A stretch of 62,655 nt of DNA from a virus (lineage: Duplodnaviria; Caudoviricetes). This document shows, piece after piece, positions 27,729 through 36,643 of the stretch (position 1 is its first letter; the number at the start of each line of letters is the position of its first letter). Below the pieces are notes generated by a model. It saw nothing but the letters and a program-made list of their open reading frames with translations. It had not been told where the DNA came from and did not search any database. The DNA lies in the IMG/VR virus record IMGVR_UViG_3300023261_000003, positions 1 through 62,655 of that record; one strand, written 5' to 3'. The translations under genes and the position numbers were made by a program.

Positions 27729-28199
27729 CTAGGCCTCAGGGCCATCGTCACGACTGCCTGTGCGATCGTGGCCCCCTTTATCCCCCTGGCGGCTTTTGAC
27801 CGATTGTGTCCCACGATGTCCCAGGATCGCCTGAGCGCTGAGCCCCGACAGAGCACTCACGGAGCCAATTAGAGCCGCTTGCGATGCCTGGATGCCCTCG
27901 ATGGCTTTTTTCTGCGAATGCAGCAAATGACGGTGAGCGATGGTCCTCCGGTCCAGGACATCGACCCGGTCGTGGACCTCCGAAAGGGCCCTCTCGATGT
28001 CGACTGGTTCGGCCTCGAGGAGCTGCTGCAGGACAGCCGGATTGACCTCCCGGACGCCGCCCGTTCGGTCGCGCCACCTCAGGAGCTTGCCCGTGTAGGG
28101 GTGCACCTCATTGCGGCGCTCTAGCCGGCGCCTGGCCTGTCGGGACGACACCCCCATCTCCTGAGCGGCCTCCCGCATGCTGAGCCAGCGTCGGCTCAT
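27729..28199 (-). CDS. HTH DNA-binding protein (possible late regulator)
   Basis: 'WLSMREAAQEMGVSSRQARR' HTH plus coiled coil. Confidence 0.7.
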   Translation of the reverse strand: MSRRWLSMREAAQEMGVSSRQARRRLERRNEVHPYTGKLLRWRDRTGGVREVNPAVLQQLLEAEPVDIERALSEVHDRVDVLDRRTIAHRHLLHSQKKAIEGIQASQAALIGSVSALSGLSAQAILGHRGTQSVKSRQGDKGGHDRTGSRDDGPEA

Positions 28200-28804
28200 C
28201 GAGAGGGCCTCGCGGGGCACTCCACGTCGCCAGCCTGCAGGCGCTCGACGTCCAGCCACTCGATGTGCGCCTTCCGGCTGGCTTCCTCGACTCGCCGACG
28301 GAGCGGGGCCACCACGTTGTCCTTCTTGGCGCCTCCCTTGGCGATGGCGTCTTTGAGCGCCGCTTGGTCATCGGCCATGTCCCAAGCGAGGGACGTCAGC
28401 TCACCGAAGACGCCGCGCAGACCCGGGATAGACGCCAGGCGCCCCCGCTGGCCCTTGCCGTCCGCGGTCGCGATCCCGTCGTCCCGGTACCGGCTGTAGA
28501 GCACTCGCTGGGCCTCCTCGCTGAGGCCTAGCCAGGTCTGCCTGAGCCGGCGCCAGCGCTTCACCGCGCCCATGCTGTCGAGGCGCCTGTCGTGTAGCGG
28601 TCCAGTGTTGGCCGGGTTTCTCGAGCCGCCACCTGCCGGGTCGATCGCCATGCCCTGCTCGCCGAGCTCGCCGGCGGCGTGGACCAAGAGCCACCTGATG
28701 TCGTCGTTGGTGCGAGTCTTGTCGACTCGCGACTTCGGCGCGCGCCCAACCAGCTCGCCGTTGACTCTCGCCCGCGTTTCTCGCTTCTGCTCGTGCTCTG
28801 CCAT
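28196..28804 (-). CDS. putative late transcription regulator (Q-like position)
   Basis: 'LSEEAQRVLYSRY' motif; last early gene region; good SD. Confidence 0.45.
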   Translation of the reverse strand: MAEHEQKRETRARVNGELVGRAPKSRVDKTRTNDDIRWLLVHAAGELGEQGMAIDPAGGGSRNPANTGPLHDRRLDSMGAVKRWRRLRQTWLGLSEEAQRVLYSRYRDDGIATADGKGQRGRLASIPGLRGVFGELTSLAWDMADDQAALKDAIAKGGAKKDNVVAPLRRRVEEASRKAHIEWLDVERLQAGDVECPARPSR

Positions 28805-28837
28805 GTGCTAGGTTTCTCCTGTCCTGGAAGACCTGAG

Positions 28838-28870
28838 AGCCCCACGGCGAAAGCTGCTGGGGTTTTCTGT
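28838..28870 (+). terminator. intrinsic terminator-like hairpin, + polarity
   Basis: AGCCCCACGGC-GAAA-GCTGCTGGGGTT followed by TTCTGT. Confidence 0.55.
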
Positions 28871-29040
28871 TAGTCCCTGGACGCCTCCTCCAGCAGCTTC
28901 TCGAATCGCTTGCGCTCTCGGCGCCAGCGCCTGAAGTCGCTCGCGGCCAGGACCACGAGCCCGACCACGACGACGGACAGCCACGCCAGGAAGCCGATGA
29001 TGTCCGCCATCACCCAGGCGTCGAGAAGTTCTCGGCTCAT
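28870..29040 (-). CDS. small single-TM protein
   Basis: Hydrophobic helix then basic tail; ATGA coupling. Confidence 0.6.
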   Translation of the reverse strand: MSRELLDAWVMADIIGFLAWLSVVVVGLVVLAASDFRRWRRERKRFEKLLEEASRD

Positions 29041-29327
29041 GCCCCGGCCCCAGCCCTGACGTGACACGACCGCGCCAGCCGCTTGATCTGCCGCTGCAGG
29101 GACGCCATGGCGATGTCGGGCATGGTCCGGACTTCCCCGGCCCAGCTGAGCCCTTCCATGCGGTCCTCGACGCGAGCCAGCCAGCCACCGGTCGACACCG
29201 GCAGCAGCACCAGGAGGAGGTTCGGCTCCCCGGAGGGTCCCAGGTAGGTGTTGCCGGCGTCGTGGGACATGAGGCGCACCTGGCGCCCTGCCCAGCGGAC
29301 CGTGAGGGGGATGGGGCGGTCGGTCAG
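29037..29327 (-). CDS. hypothetical protein (start uncertain)
   Basis: Fills the gap between RuvC and the next gene. Confidence 0.4.
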   Translation of the reverse strand: MTDRPIPLTVRWAGRQVRLMSHDAGNTYLGPSGEPNLLLVLLPVSTGGWLARVEDRMEGLSWAGEVRTMPDIAMASLQRQIKRLARSCHVRAGAGA

Positions 29328-29914
29328 GCGGCCCTCCGCTTCTTTGCCTTGGGCTCGCGCGGCACCAGGATGCCACCGTGGCCACCACGGATGAGGCCGT
29401 GGTTCATCACCACCCACGCGTCGAGCTCGTCGGCCGTCCAGTCCTGAGGCGCCCCCATGGCGCGCAGCGCCGCGTGGACCTGCTCCTTGAGCGATGGCGG
29501 TCGGAGGTGCTTCGGCAGTCTTGGCTCGCCCTTGGGCCTCCTCGGTGCCGAGAAGCACCCCACGTTGGCGCGTGCCGAGCTCGCCACCACGGCCGCGAAC
29601 TCGATGCCCTCGCGGTAGAGCGCCGCCTTCACGACCCCGCCCAGCTCGCCCAGCTGGTGAGAACGGGCGTCACCCTTGCCGTAAGCATAATCTTCGATCC
29701 ACACCTTGGTGACGCCGTGGGCTTGGAGGCAGGTCACGATGGCCTCGGCGATGCCGATGGTGCGCCGCGCAAGGTCGCGCGCTGTCGCCGTCCCCTCGAG
29801 GGACAGGCCGACCGTGCGCACGATGATGCGCCCCCAGTCCAGCGCCGGGGCCCAATCGGTGGGCCCAAGCGCCAGAGCGGAAGCCCTGAGGGAGAGGTCG
29901 AGACCTCCAATCAC
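29324..29914 (-). CDS. RuvC-like Holliday junction resolvase
   Basis: 'GGLDLSLRAS', 'VWIED', 'LGELGGVV', 'DELDA' catalytic pattern. Confidence 0.85.
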   Translation of the reverse strand: MIGGLDLSLRASALALGPTDWAPALDWGRIIVRTVGLSLEGTATARDLARRTIGIAEAIVTCLQAHGVTKVWIEDYAYGKGDARSHQLGELGGVVKAALYREGIEFAAVVASSARANVGCFSAPRRPKGEPRLPKHLRPPSLKEQVHAALRAMGAPQDWTADELDAWVVMNHGLIRGGHGGILVPREPKAKKRRAA

Positions 29915-30381
29915 TCGGCAGAGGCTCCTGCGCGAGCGCGCCCGCCTTTGCCCTTGGTCTTTGCCGGCGGCTTACCGGCCTTCGGCGCTGCCTTAGCTGG
30001 CGCCGGCTTGCCCGTTCCCTTGGGGTCGAGGTCCATGATGTCGAGCTGGCGCTCCTCCTTGTTGAGCGGCCGCGTGAACTCCGGCAGCACCTTGCCGTCG
30101 GAGACTCTGATGGTTTCGACCTGGCCGAGCTGCTCGTTGAGCTTCTCGTAGATCTCGACCTTCACGTGTTGGATACCTGACTCGATGGTGTCGAGCAGGG
30201 CCTTCTGCTCGGCCCGGAGGTCTTTGAGCTTCTGGTTGTAGTCGGACACGTCCGCGGCCTTGCAGGCCTGCACCTCCAGGATTTTCCGGTCCACCACCGC
30301 GAGGTGGTCGGTCTTCTCCTGCCGGTCCTTGCTCGCCACCTTGACGGGCATGTCGATCAGTTTCTTTTCGCCTAGTGCCAT
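29911..30381 (-). CDS. hypothetical coiled-coil protein with Lys/Ala-rich tail
   Basis: Strong SD (AAGGAG); coiled coil. Confidence 0.7.
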   Translation of the reverse strand: MALGEKKLIDMPVKVASKDRQEKTDHLAVVDRKILEVQACKAADVSDYNQKLKDLRAEQKALLDTIESGIQHVKVEIYEKLNEQLGQVETIRVSDGKVLPEFTRPLNKEERQLDIMDLDPKGTGKPAPAKAAPKAGKPPAKTKGKGGRARAGASAE

Positions 30382-30420
30382 GTTTTCTCCTTGATTGGTT
30401 GCTCGGCCGCGGGCTGAAGG

Positions 30421-31845
30421 TCAGCCCCGGTAGTTGTCGTGCTCGTCGTCGAAGAGCGACGGATCGTCGGGCGCCAGGTTGAAGAAGCGCGTGCTCGGCC
30501 CGTGAAACTGGGTCCTCACCATGCCGGTCGACCCGCCCTGCCGGAGCTTCCGGACCAGCACCTCGGCCATGCCGTCGTTCGGCTCGTCGGGCTTCCGGTA
30601 GTAGTCCTCGCGGTAGAGCATGAAGACGCCGAAGGCCGTCTCCTCGATCTCGCCCGAGTCCCGTAGGTCGGCGAGTGTCGGGCGCTTGTCGCCGGGGCGC
30701 TTCTCGACGTCGCGGTTGAGCTGGGAAAGCTCCATGACCGCGCAATCGAACTCCTTCGCCATCTCCTTGTTGGCCCGGGCGATCTCGCCCACTTCGTTGG
30801 CCTTGTTGCGGTTCCTCGACGAGCCGTCCTGCGCCTTCACGAGCTGTAGGTAGTCGATGCAGATGAGCCCGAGCTTGACGCCCGGACGCTCCGCCTCGAG
30901 GCGCTTCTTGGCGCGCCGCACCGCCGACCGAATCGACTGCACGGTGTGAGAGCCCGCGTCATCGATGGCGAGCGGCAGGCCCTGCAGGCGCTTGGTCGCC
31001 GCCATGTAGCGGGACCAATCGTCGGCGCTGAGCTTGCCGCGCTCGATCGCCTTGATGGACATCGAGCCCACCTGGGCGATCGCGCGCTGCGTCAGCTGGT
31101 CGCGCGGCATCTCGATCGAGATCAGGACGACGCCGTAGCCGCATTCCGCGACGTGCAGACCAACCGACACCATGAAGCCCGTCTTGCCGATCCCCGGCCT
31201 GGCCGCGACGGAGTACTTGTTGCCCCGCTTCATGCCGTTGATCGCTTCGTCGAGCTCCGTGATGCCGGTCGGGATGCCCGAGAAGGCGGATTCGTTCCTG
31301 GCCCGCTCCGTGATGGATCGCCCCTCTTCGCGAATGAGCTCCGTCAGGGTCCAGATGGTCTTTTGCTCCTCGCCCCTCGTGATGCCGTCGAGGTCCGCCG
31401 CGATGTCGAGCATCCAGGCATCGAGCTGCGGCCCTGTGCCGGCGTCGCTGTAGCCCTCGGCGGCCGCGCGTTGGCAGCGGGCGATGACGGTGCGCGCTCG
31501 CCACTTGTCGCGCACCACGCGCGCATGCTCATCGACGTGGGCGATCGCCGGCGTCGCTTCGACGAGCTCGGCGAGGTAGGCGGCGCCGCCGGCTTGCTCG
31601 AGGCGCCCCTGGTTTCGGAGCACGGACGCGATGAGCGGTGTGTCGACAGGGCGGTTCTCCGCGATGAGAGCCTCGACGGCCTCGAAAACCAGTGTGTGCC
31701 GGGGGTCGTAGAAGTGTTCCGCCTGCAGGATGGCTCGCACGACGTCGAATGAGTCGCGGTCCAGCATGATTGCCGACAGCACGGCCTGCTCGGTCGGGAT
31801 GTCGCAGGGTGGAACCCTGCCAGCGGATGGGCCGAGTTGCTTCAT
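30421..31845 (-). CDS. dnaB: replicative DNA helicase
   Basis: 'EQAVLSAIM', 'AARPGIGKT', 'IDYLQL', 'LSQLNR', 'LRDSGEIE'. Confidence 0.97.
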   Translation of the reverse strand: MKQLGPSAGRVPPCDIPTEQAVLSAIMLDRDSFDVVRAILQAEHFYDPRHTLVFEAVEALIAENRPVDTPLIASVLRNQGRLEQAGGAAYLAELVEATPAIAHVDEHARVVRDKWRARTVIARCQRAAAEGYSDAGTGPQLDAWMLDIAADLDGITRGEEQKTIWTLTELIREEGRSITERARNESAFSGIPTGITELDEAINGMKRGNKYSVAARPGIGKTGFMVSVGLHVAECGYGVVLISIEMPRDQLTQRAIAQVGSMSIKAIERGKLSADDWSRYMAATKRLQGLPLAIDDAGSHTVQSIRSAVRRAKKRLEAERPGVKLGLICIDYLQLVKAQDGSSRNRNKANEVGEIARANKEMAKEFDCAVMELSQLNRDVEKRPGDKRPTLADLRDSGEIEETAFGVFMLYREDYYRKPDEPNDGMAEVLVRKLRQGGSTGMVRTQFHGPSTRFFNLAPDDPSLFDDEHDNYRG

Positions 31846-32762
31846 CAGGCCGATTCCCCGCTGACCGTGATGCCTAGCTTGCGGTCGGTTTCTTCGCGGA
31901 GGCGCCTTTCGGCTCGCTCGCGTCTCGCCACTGCCTCGGCGGAGGCTGGGCCTGGTCCGTTCATGAGATCTCGTGTCGTCGTTGGCTCGACCAGCTTTCC
32001 TTTTTTGGACTTATGCCGGAGATCTTCACGAGCGTTGGCCATCCACTTCGCTCTGGAGTGCCGTCTTCCGGCTCCGGCACCGATCGTCCAGTACTCGACG
32101 AACTCACTCAGCCCCGCTCGAATGGCTGCTTCCGACACCTCGAGCTTGGTCGCCATGATGGCGATCACGGTTTCTGGCAGGGGTTCTGGTGGGCAAAAGA
32201 CCTGGGTGGGGTCCGCATCGAAGATCTGGATCTCAGGTTCGGGGAGGTCGGGGGCCAGGACGGGTGCCTCACCCGTGTTCCGTTCCCTTCCGTTCCCTTC
32301 CGTTCCCTTCCCTTCCCCACGTGTCGCGTCGCCCACGCGTCGCCCACGCGTCCTTGACCCGTGCTCCTCCGGTGCCTCACCGGTGGCGCTCGCGTCTAAG
32401 TCTTCAGAGTCACTCGCCGAATCCGGCGGCGGCGGGAGAACCGACTTCTCCTCGCGGCCGTTGATGAGCTGGTGCTTCGTGAAGTTCGGGACGTACCCGT
32501 ACGCGCGGCCATCCACCACGTACCGGACGATGAACCCACGCGACACCAACGCGTCGAGGACGTGTGCGAGGTCGCCATTCCAATAGGGGAGGACGCCCGC
32601 CTTGAGGGTCCTCGGCTTCCACTCGAAGCGGCCTTCCCGGTCGGACCAGTTCCAGAGCCCGGTGAAGACTCGGAAGATGGGCAGGCCCGTGTCCTGCTCG
32701 AGGTCCCATAGGTCCTCGTCGGTATGGGCCTCGGGCTTGATGGTGCGGATCCTGGGTCTCAC
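31845..32762 (-). CDS. replication initiator protein
   Basis: 'RIRTIKPE..TDE', 'SDREGR', 'IVRY..DG..Y..PNF.KHQ'; upstream of dnaB; start GTG 32762. Confidence 0.85.
   Translation of the reverse strand: MRPRIRTIKPEAHTDEDLWDLEQDTGLPIFRVFTGLWNWSDREGRFEWKPRTLKAGVLPYWNGDLAHVLDALVSRGFIVRYVVDGRAYGYVPNFTKHQLINGREEKSVLPPPPDSASDSEDLDASATGEAPEEHGSRTRGRRVGDATRGEGKGTEGNGRERNTGEAPVLAPDLPEPEIQIFDADPTQVFCPPEPLPETVIAIMATKLEVSEAAIRAGLSEFVEYWTIGAGAGRRHSRAKWMANAREDLRHKSKKGKLVEPTTTRDLMNGPGPASAEAVARRERAERRLREETDRKLGITVSGESA
32263..32385. other. candidate replication origin (iteron-like repeats inside the initiator gene)
   Basis: (CGTTCCCTTC)x3, (GTCGCCCACGC)x2, GGTGCCTCACC(C/G)GTG x2. Confidence 0.5.
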
Positions 32763-33556
32763 TCGGTTTTGTCCTCCCTTTCCCATTCGGCAATCGTGCG
32801 CAGCATCTCCTGGCGCCACGACCAGTAGCTGCGGGCTTTCTTCGACCACGCCCGCTCGCTGTCGACGCTGGAACCAAGGCGCAGTGCGCGCCGGATGAGC
32901 TCGAGCGCGTCGTCCAGGTCGACGTCGTCGAAGCGCTTCTTCAAGACCCCGCGGATGTAGTAGGCGTCGCGAGCGAAAGGGTCGCGCTCCTGCATCTCGT
33001 CGACGGCAGCGATCCGCGGGATCAGGTGGAATGCTTCGGTCATCGAAGACGGGGTGCATTTCCCATCGTCCCCCCGGACCAGCTCCTTGGCCGTGGCCGC
33101 GCGCATGGCCACGAGTACCCGCTCCAGTCCCCAACGCTTCGTCCACTTGCCGACCTGTCCGCGGCCGTACTCGTTGAGGCCGATGCTGCCTGTGAGCTCA
33201 CGCCAGACGCTCTCCACCATCACCACGACGTCGGCGTCGAGGTTGATGAGACCTCGCTGCCACTCGACCATCATTTCGAGCTGCTCGCGGCGCTCCTGCA
33301 GGTCCTCGAGCTGCTGCCGCTGCTTGTCGAGCACCGTTGAGTCGTCGAGTCGGCGGGCGCCCTTGCCGAGGTTGCAGTCGACACACGAGGTGATCAGATT
33401 AAGCGGATCGTCCGTGCCGTCGTCGACCACCGGCACGATATGGTCGACATGCAGGATTACCTCCGGTGCTTTCTTGCCGCAGTACTGGCAGGCGAAGGAG
33501 TCACGCTTGAAAACCTCGAAGCGACGGGACTTGGAGAGGGGTTTGCGTTTAGTCAT
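32759..33556 (-). CDS. HNH endonuclease
   Basis: 'RFEVFKRDSFACQYCG...HVDHIVP...NLITSCVDCNLGK'; start ATG 33556. Confidence 0.92.
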   Translation of the reverse strand: MTKRKPLSKSRRFEVFKRDSFACQYCGKKAPEVILHVDHIVPVVDDGTDDPLNLITSCVDCNLGKGARRLDDSTVLDKQRQQLEDLQERREQLEMMVEWQRGLINLDADVVVMVESVWRELTGSIGLNEYGRGQVGKWTKRWGLERVLVAMRAATAKELVRGDDGKCTPSSMTEAFHLIPRIAAVDEMQERDPFARDAYYIRGVLKKRFDDVDLDDALELIRRALRLGSSVDSERAWSKKARSYWSWRQEMLRTIAEWEREDKTE

Positions 33557-33758
33557 GTTGACAGAGTAGCTCCCTCTCCAAAGACGCAATCCCACGCAGC
33601 AGCACGGCCTGTTCGATGCCCCGGCGCCCCACCTTGAGCGGTTCGCCGAGCTCGGCCGCGAATGCGACCGCTAGTGCCTCAAGGCGCTCGACTAGGCCCG
33701 GCGGCACCCGCACGACCCTCGGCAGGTAGTGGACGGTGGCGAGCTTGCCGTCAGCCAC
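33549..33758 (-). CDS. small RHH-like hypothetical protein
   Basis: 'VRVPPGLVERLEALA' pattern; coupled to neighbours. Confidence 0.5.
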   Translation of the reverse strand: MADGKLATVHYLPRVVRVPPGLVERLEALAVAFAAELGEPLKVGRRGIEQAVLLRGIASLERELLCQHD

Positions 33759-34008
33759 GCGACACCTCCTCGCCTAGCCACTTGAGGGCAAGCTGGAGAC
33801 CGGGCTCCCATTCGGGGACGTAAAAGAGGCTACCGGTCGCCAGCGCCACGGCGGCCGACACGGCGCTGCCGCAGCACCCACCCGACCAGTGGAGAGCCTT
33901 GACCAGCCCCGGCGCGTACCGAGCACGGCGACGCCAGCACCAAGGCAAGCCGCGGCCGGTCCGAGCTGCTCGGGTGCAGCGCTCGCGCCACCGTTCGAAG
34001 GGGGTCAA
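33751..34008 (-). CDS. hypothetical protein, first gene after attP
   Basis: TTG with GGAGGG SD. Confidence 0.5.
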   Translation of the reverse strand: MTPFERWRERCTRAARTGRGLPWCWRRRARYAPGLVKALHWSGGCCGSAVSAAVALATGSLFYVPEWEPGLQLALKWLGEEVSRG

Positions 34009-34045
34009 GCGGCCCTCCGGTCGGACCCAAGTGGGGCACCTGGTA

Positions 34046-34231
34046 ATACTGGTGAAGCTTCACCACTATGGTGGTCGCGGGCGTCCTCCGGCGGGGTCTG
34101 GGGGCCCGGGAACTGGCCTAAATGCCGCTGGTTTTCGCTTGCCGGATAGGTTCGAGTCCTACCGCTGGAGCCAACATCTACCGATAGAATCAGCCGGAAG
34201 TCCCGGCCTTCACCGGTATCTTCACCAGAAT
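34046..34231. mobile_element. attP region: core plus four integrase arm-type repeats
   Basis: 12-mers ATACTGGTGAAG (34046+), ATAGTGGTGAAG (34058-69-), ATACCGGTGAAG (34208-19-), ATTCTGGTGAAG (34220-31-) flank the core. Confidence 0.85.
34147..34173 (+). other. attP core = 3' end of a tRNA, probably tRNA-Asn
   Basis: TAGG-TTCGAGT-CCTAC-CGCTGGA-G-CCA: T-arm, acceptor 3' strand, G73, CCA; GGAGCCA ending is typical of bacterial tRNA-Asn; no 5' half present. Confidence 0.88.
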
Positions 34232-35293
34232 GACCCGCTTCGACTCGGCTTCCGCGACCACTGAGCGCGCGGCCCGAAGCGTCGGTCTTACGTACTTCGA
34301 AGTCGTCGAAGTGTGCAGGTGGCCCGCTAGTCCTTGGACGCCCGGCAGGTTGCCCGTGAGCTCGAGCAGGTGCGTGATCGCCGCCGAGCGGAAGTGCTGG
34401 CCTGTGAAGATCGCCGCCTTCGATTCCGGCAGGACCTTGCGGGCAGCCTCCTTGAGGTAGGGGCCCGCGCGGTGCTGCCCGAAGATGAGACCGGCCTCCG
34501 GCGCGACGCGCTCGAGCTCCCGGATGGCGCGCTGCGTCAATGGGATCGCTCGCCCGTAGAGTTCCTTGTCGTCCTCGGCCGAGAGCGACAGTTCGTTGCT
34601 GCCCGGTGACCAGTTCTCCGGCACCGAAAGCTTGTCGAGCGTCTCGGGTCGCAATGTCGTGTCGTACGCCACCACGAACCGCGGCCGCACCCACCAGCCC
34701 CGAGCCGACTTCTCGGGCAGGAGCTCCAGGATGCGCTCCACGTCGGCCGGGTTGATCTCCGGGGCTCGGGAGCGCCGCCGGTGCCGGTAGGGCGTCCCGG
34801 CGACCTGGCGCGGCACCTCGGGGACCTCGGGTCGGTTGTCCTCGAAGAGCCAGCCGATGAAGACCCGGAGCGCCGACATTTCGCTCCTGACGGTCTTGCC
34901 CCTGGCGACCTTCAGTCGGCCCCGGCAGTACACCGCCATGGCGTCGGCCGTGAGGTCGTCCGTCGTGGGGAACGCCTTGATCCAATAGCCGGCGTACTTG
35001 CCGTACAGGACGAGCGTCGACTTGCGGATTGGATGATCGCTCAGCCATTCGCGCGTGACCTCCGCGAGGGTGACGCCTGGTGGCTGTTCGACCGGACTAG
35101 CCTTAGGCCCTCGGCCGGTGTCGAGCCGCTCGCCTCGGAGGACGGCGAGCCAGATCGCGTGCCCGACCCGATGAGCCTCTGTGCTCGTGCTCTCACCCGT
35201 GCCGTACTCGTGCCGTCGCCCCTCGTGGGTGAAGCGGACGTAGAAGAGACGCCCGCGCTTGATGATCTTGTGCCCCAGTGTTCTGCGACCCAT
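34190..35293 (-). CDS. int: tyrosine integrase
   Basis: Arm-binding N-terminus; catalytic R (LRPET), K, HFR, GH, Y; start ATG 35293. Confidence 0.93.
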   Translation of the reverse strand: MGRRTLGHKIIKRGRLFYVRFTHEGRRHEYGTGESTSTEAHRVGHAIWLAVLRGERLDTGRGPKASPVEQPPGVTLAEVTREWLSDHPIRKSTLVLYGKYAGYWIKAFPTTDDLTADAMAVYCRGRLKVARGKTVRSEMSALRVFIGWLFEDNRPEVPEVPRQVAGTPYRHRRRSRAPEINPADVERILELLPEKSARGWWVRPRFVVAYDTTLRPETLDKLSVPENWSPGSNELSLSAEDDKELYGRAIPLTQRAIRELERVAPEAGLIFGQHRAGPYLKEAARKVLPESKAAIFTGQHFRSAAITHLLELTGNLPGVQGLAGHLHTSTTSKYVRPTLRAARSVVAEAESKRVILVKIPVKAGTSG

Positions 35294-35433
35294 CGTTCTA
35301 GCTCCGAGACCACCACGAGGCGGCGAGTGCCGATCGCTACCACGGGGACGTGGGGCAAAATCTCGGCACGAAACATCGTCTCGGATATGTCGAGTGATGC
35401 CGCGGCTTTGGCGATGCCAAGGAGGAGCTTCAC
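35041..35433 (-). CDS. excisionase-like HTH protein overlapping int
   Basis: 'LLLGIAKAAASLDIS...IGTRRLV..SELERW' HTH_17 pattern; Ser-rich tail overprints the int 5' end. Confidence 0.75.
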   Translation of the reverse strand: MKLLLGIAKAAASLDISETMFRAEILPHVPVVAIGTRRLVVVSELERWVAEHWGTRSSSAGVSSTSASPTRGDGTSTARVRARAQRLIGSGTRSGSPSSEASGSTPAEGLRLVRSNSHQASPSRRSRANG

Positions 35434-35732
35434 CACGGAATCTCGTCCTCCGACCGCGCCGCCGCCGGGGTATGCTCCGCCGAACTCGGCTCCGCCCGCA
35501 GCGCCGCCAGGATCTCGTCGGCGGCATCGGAGCGACCCTCCTCGTAGGGGCTCCGGAACTCGTCGCTCTCGTCGAAGCCCGCTTCCCAGATGGCGTGCGC
35601 GAGGCCACGGGCGCGCTGGTTGACCTCCAGGGCTTCCGCCTCGCGGTCCATGGCCTTGCGCGCCACGTAGAGGCCCAGGAAGGAGACTCCGGCGAGCAGT
35701 AGGTGGGCGAGCCAGTGCAGCGCCTCACCCAT
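35430..35732 (-). CDS. hypothetical protein with N-terminal TM
   Basis: AAGGAG SD; coupled. Confidence 0.65.
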   Translation of the reverse strand: MGEALHWLAHLLLAGVSFLGLYVARKAMDREAEALEVNQRARGLAHAIWEAGFDESDEFRSPYEEGRSDAADEILAALRAEPSSAEHTPAAARSEDEIPW

Positions 35733-35979
35733 GGTCGTGCTCCTTGGGCTTCGGCGCCGTGGCTTCGAGGTTAGCTCGGGTGTCGTCCGTCATGCGACGC
35801 AGCTCTGCCCAGCCTTCTGGCGTGAGCCAGCCAAGCCAACTCAGAACTTCCGCAGCAACCGTCACGTTCCAGCCAGTGACCATGTCGAACTTGCGGCCCA
35901 CATTGATGCGCTCTCGGAGGTCCAGCGCCACCTCGGCGGCCTGGGTCAGGATGTTCTCCTGGTCGGAATCGAGCTTCAT
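35725..35979 (-). CDS. hypothetical protein
   Basis: ATGA coupling. Confidence 0.65.
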   Translation of the reverse strand: MKLDSDQENILTQAAEVALDLRERINVGRKFDMVTGWNVTVAAEVLSWLGWLTPEGWAELRRMTDDTRANLEATAPKPKEHDHG

Positions 35980-36338
35980 GCGGGCCTCGCTTCCGCCAGG
36001 ACAGCCCAGCGCACGAGGTCCTCGACGGACGTGAACACGGGCCTCCCGAGCTCGACCATGCGGGCGCGCTCACGGACGGAGCCGCTCGACTGCTCCCACC
36101 CGGGTACCATCAGGATGCAGTCGCAGCGCTCACACATCTCCATGGTGGCGCGGTACCAGAAGTCAGGCGACCCCGGCCCCTGCTTGAAGTAGCGACCGAT
36201 CGAGTGCGGGACCAGGCACGCCACGAGTTCCGTCGACGAGATGACCCGCCGCGCCGCGTCCTCGGCGGCCCGGATGTTGAGCTCGACCTTGGTGTCGTCG
36301 GTGGCCGTGAAGGGGCCGGCAATGTAGGCGAGGATCAT
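35976..36338 (-). CDS. DUF1937/DUF4406-like (nucleoside deoxyribosyltransferase fold) protein
   Basis: 'YIAGPFT', 'CDCILMVPGWEQSSGSVRE...A..LG.PV'. Confidence 0.85.
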   Translation of the reverse strand: MILAYIAGPFTATDDTKVELNIRAAEDAARRVISSTELVACLVPHSIGRYFKQGPGSPDFWYRATMEMCERCDCILMVPGWEQSSGSVRERARMVELGRPVFTSVEDLVRWAVLAEARPA

Positions 36339-36643
36339 TCGACACCTCCGAACGCCTGGCGCGCAGCAACCATCAGCTCCTCGTCAGAGGCTTCCCCCCA
36401 CCCGTGCTGCTCGATGCCGATCGCGTCGTAGAACGACTGGAGCACCACAAGGTCGCCTGAGAGCCCCATCTCCGCTCGTTCGAAGTCGTCCAGAAGGTTC
36501 CGAATTGTCTGCGGGTTCTCTGGCACCCCAGGGAGCACCATTGCACGGAGCGCACCAAGGGATTGTTCGAGCTTGGCCTTCGCCTCTTGGACGAGGCGGT
36601 GCTCACCGGCGGCCCAAGCATCAATGGCAGCGAGGGTCGTCAC
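36335..36643 (-). CDS. hypothetical protein
   Basis: GTGA coupling. Confidence 0.6.
   Translation of the reverse strand: MTTLAAIDAWAAGEHRLVQEAKAKLEQSLGALRAMVLPGVPENPQTIRNLLDDFERAEMGLSGDLVVLQSFYDAIGIEQHGWGEASDEELMVAARQAFGGVE

Noticed and set aside
27518-27745. Small ORF upstream of terS
   Set aside because: No SD or motif and unconvincing composition; left unannotated, though it cannot be excluded.
34120-34173. Complete tRNA gene
   Set aside because: Only the T-arm and 3' acceptor strand are present; there is no upstream TCCAGCG, D-arm or anticodon arm. Interpreted as the attP core.
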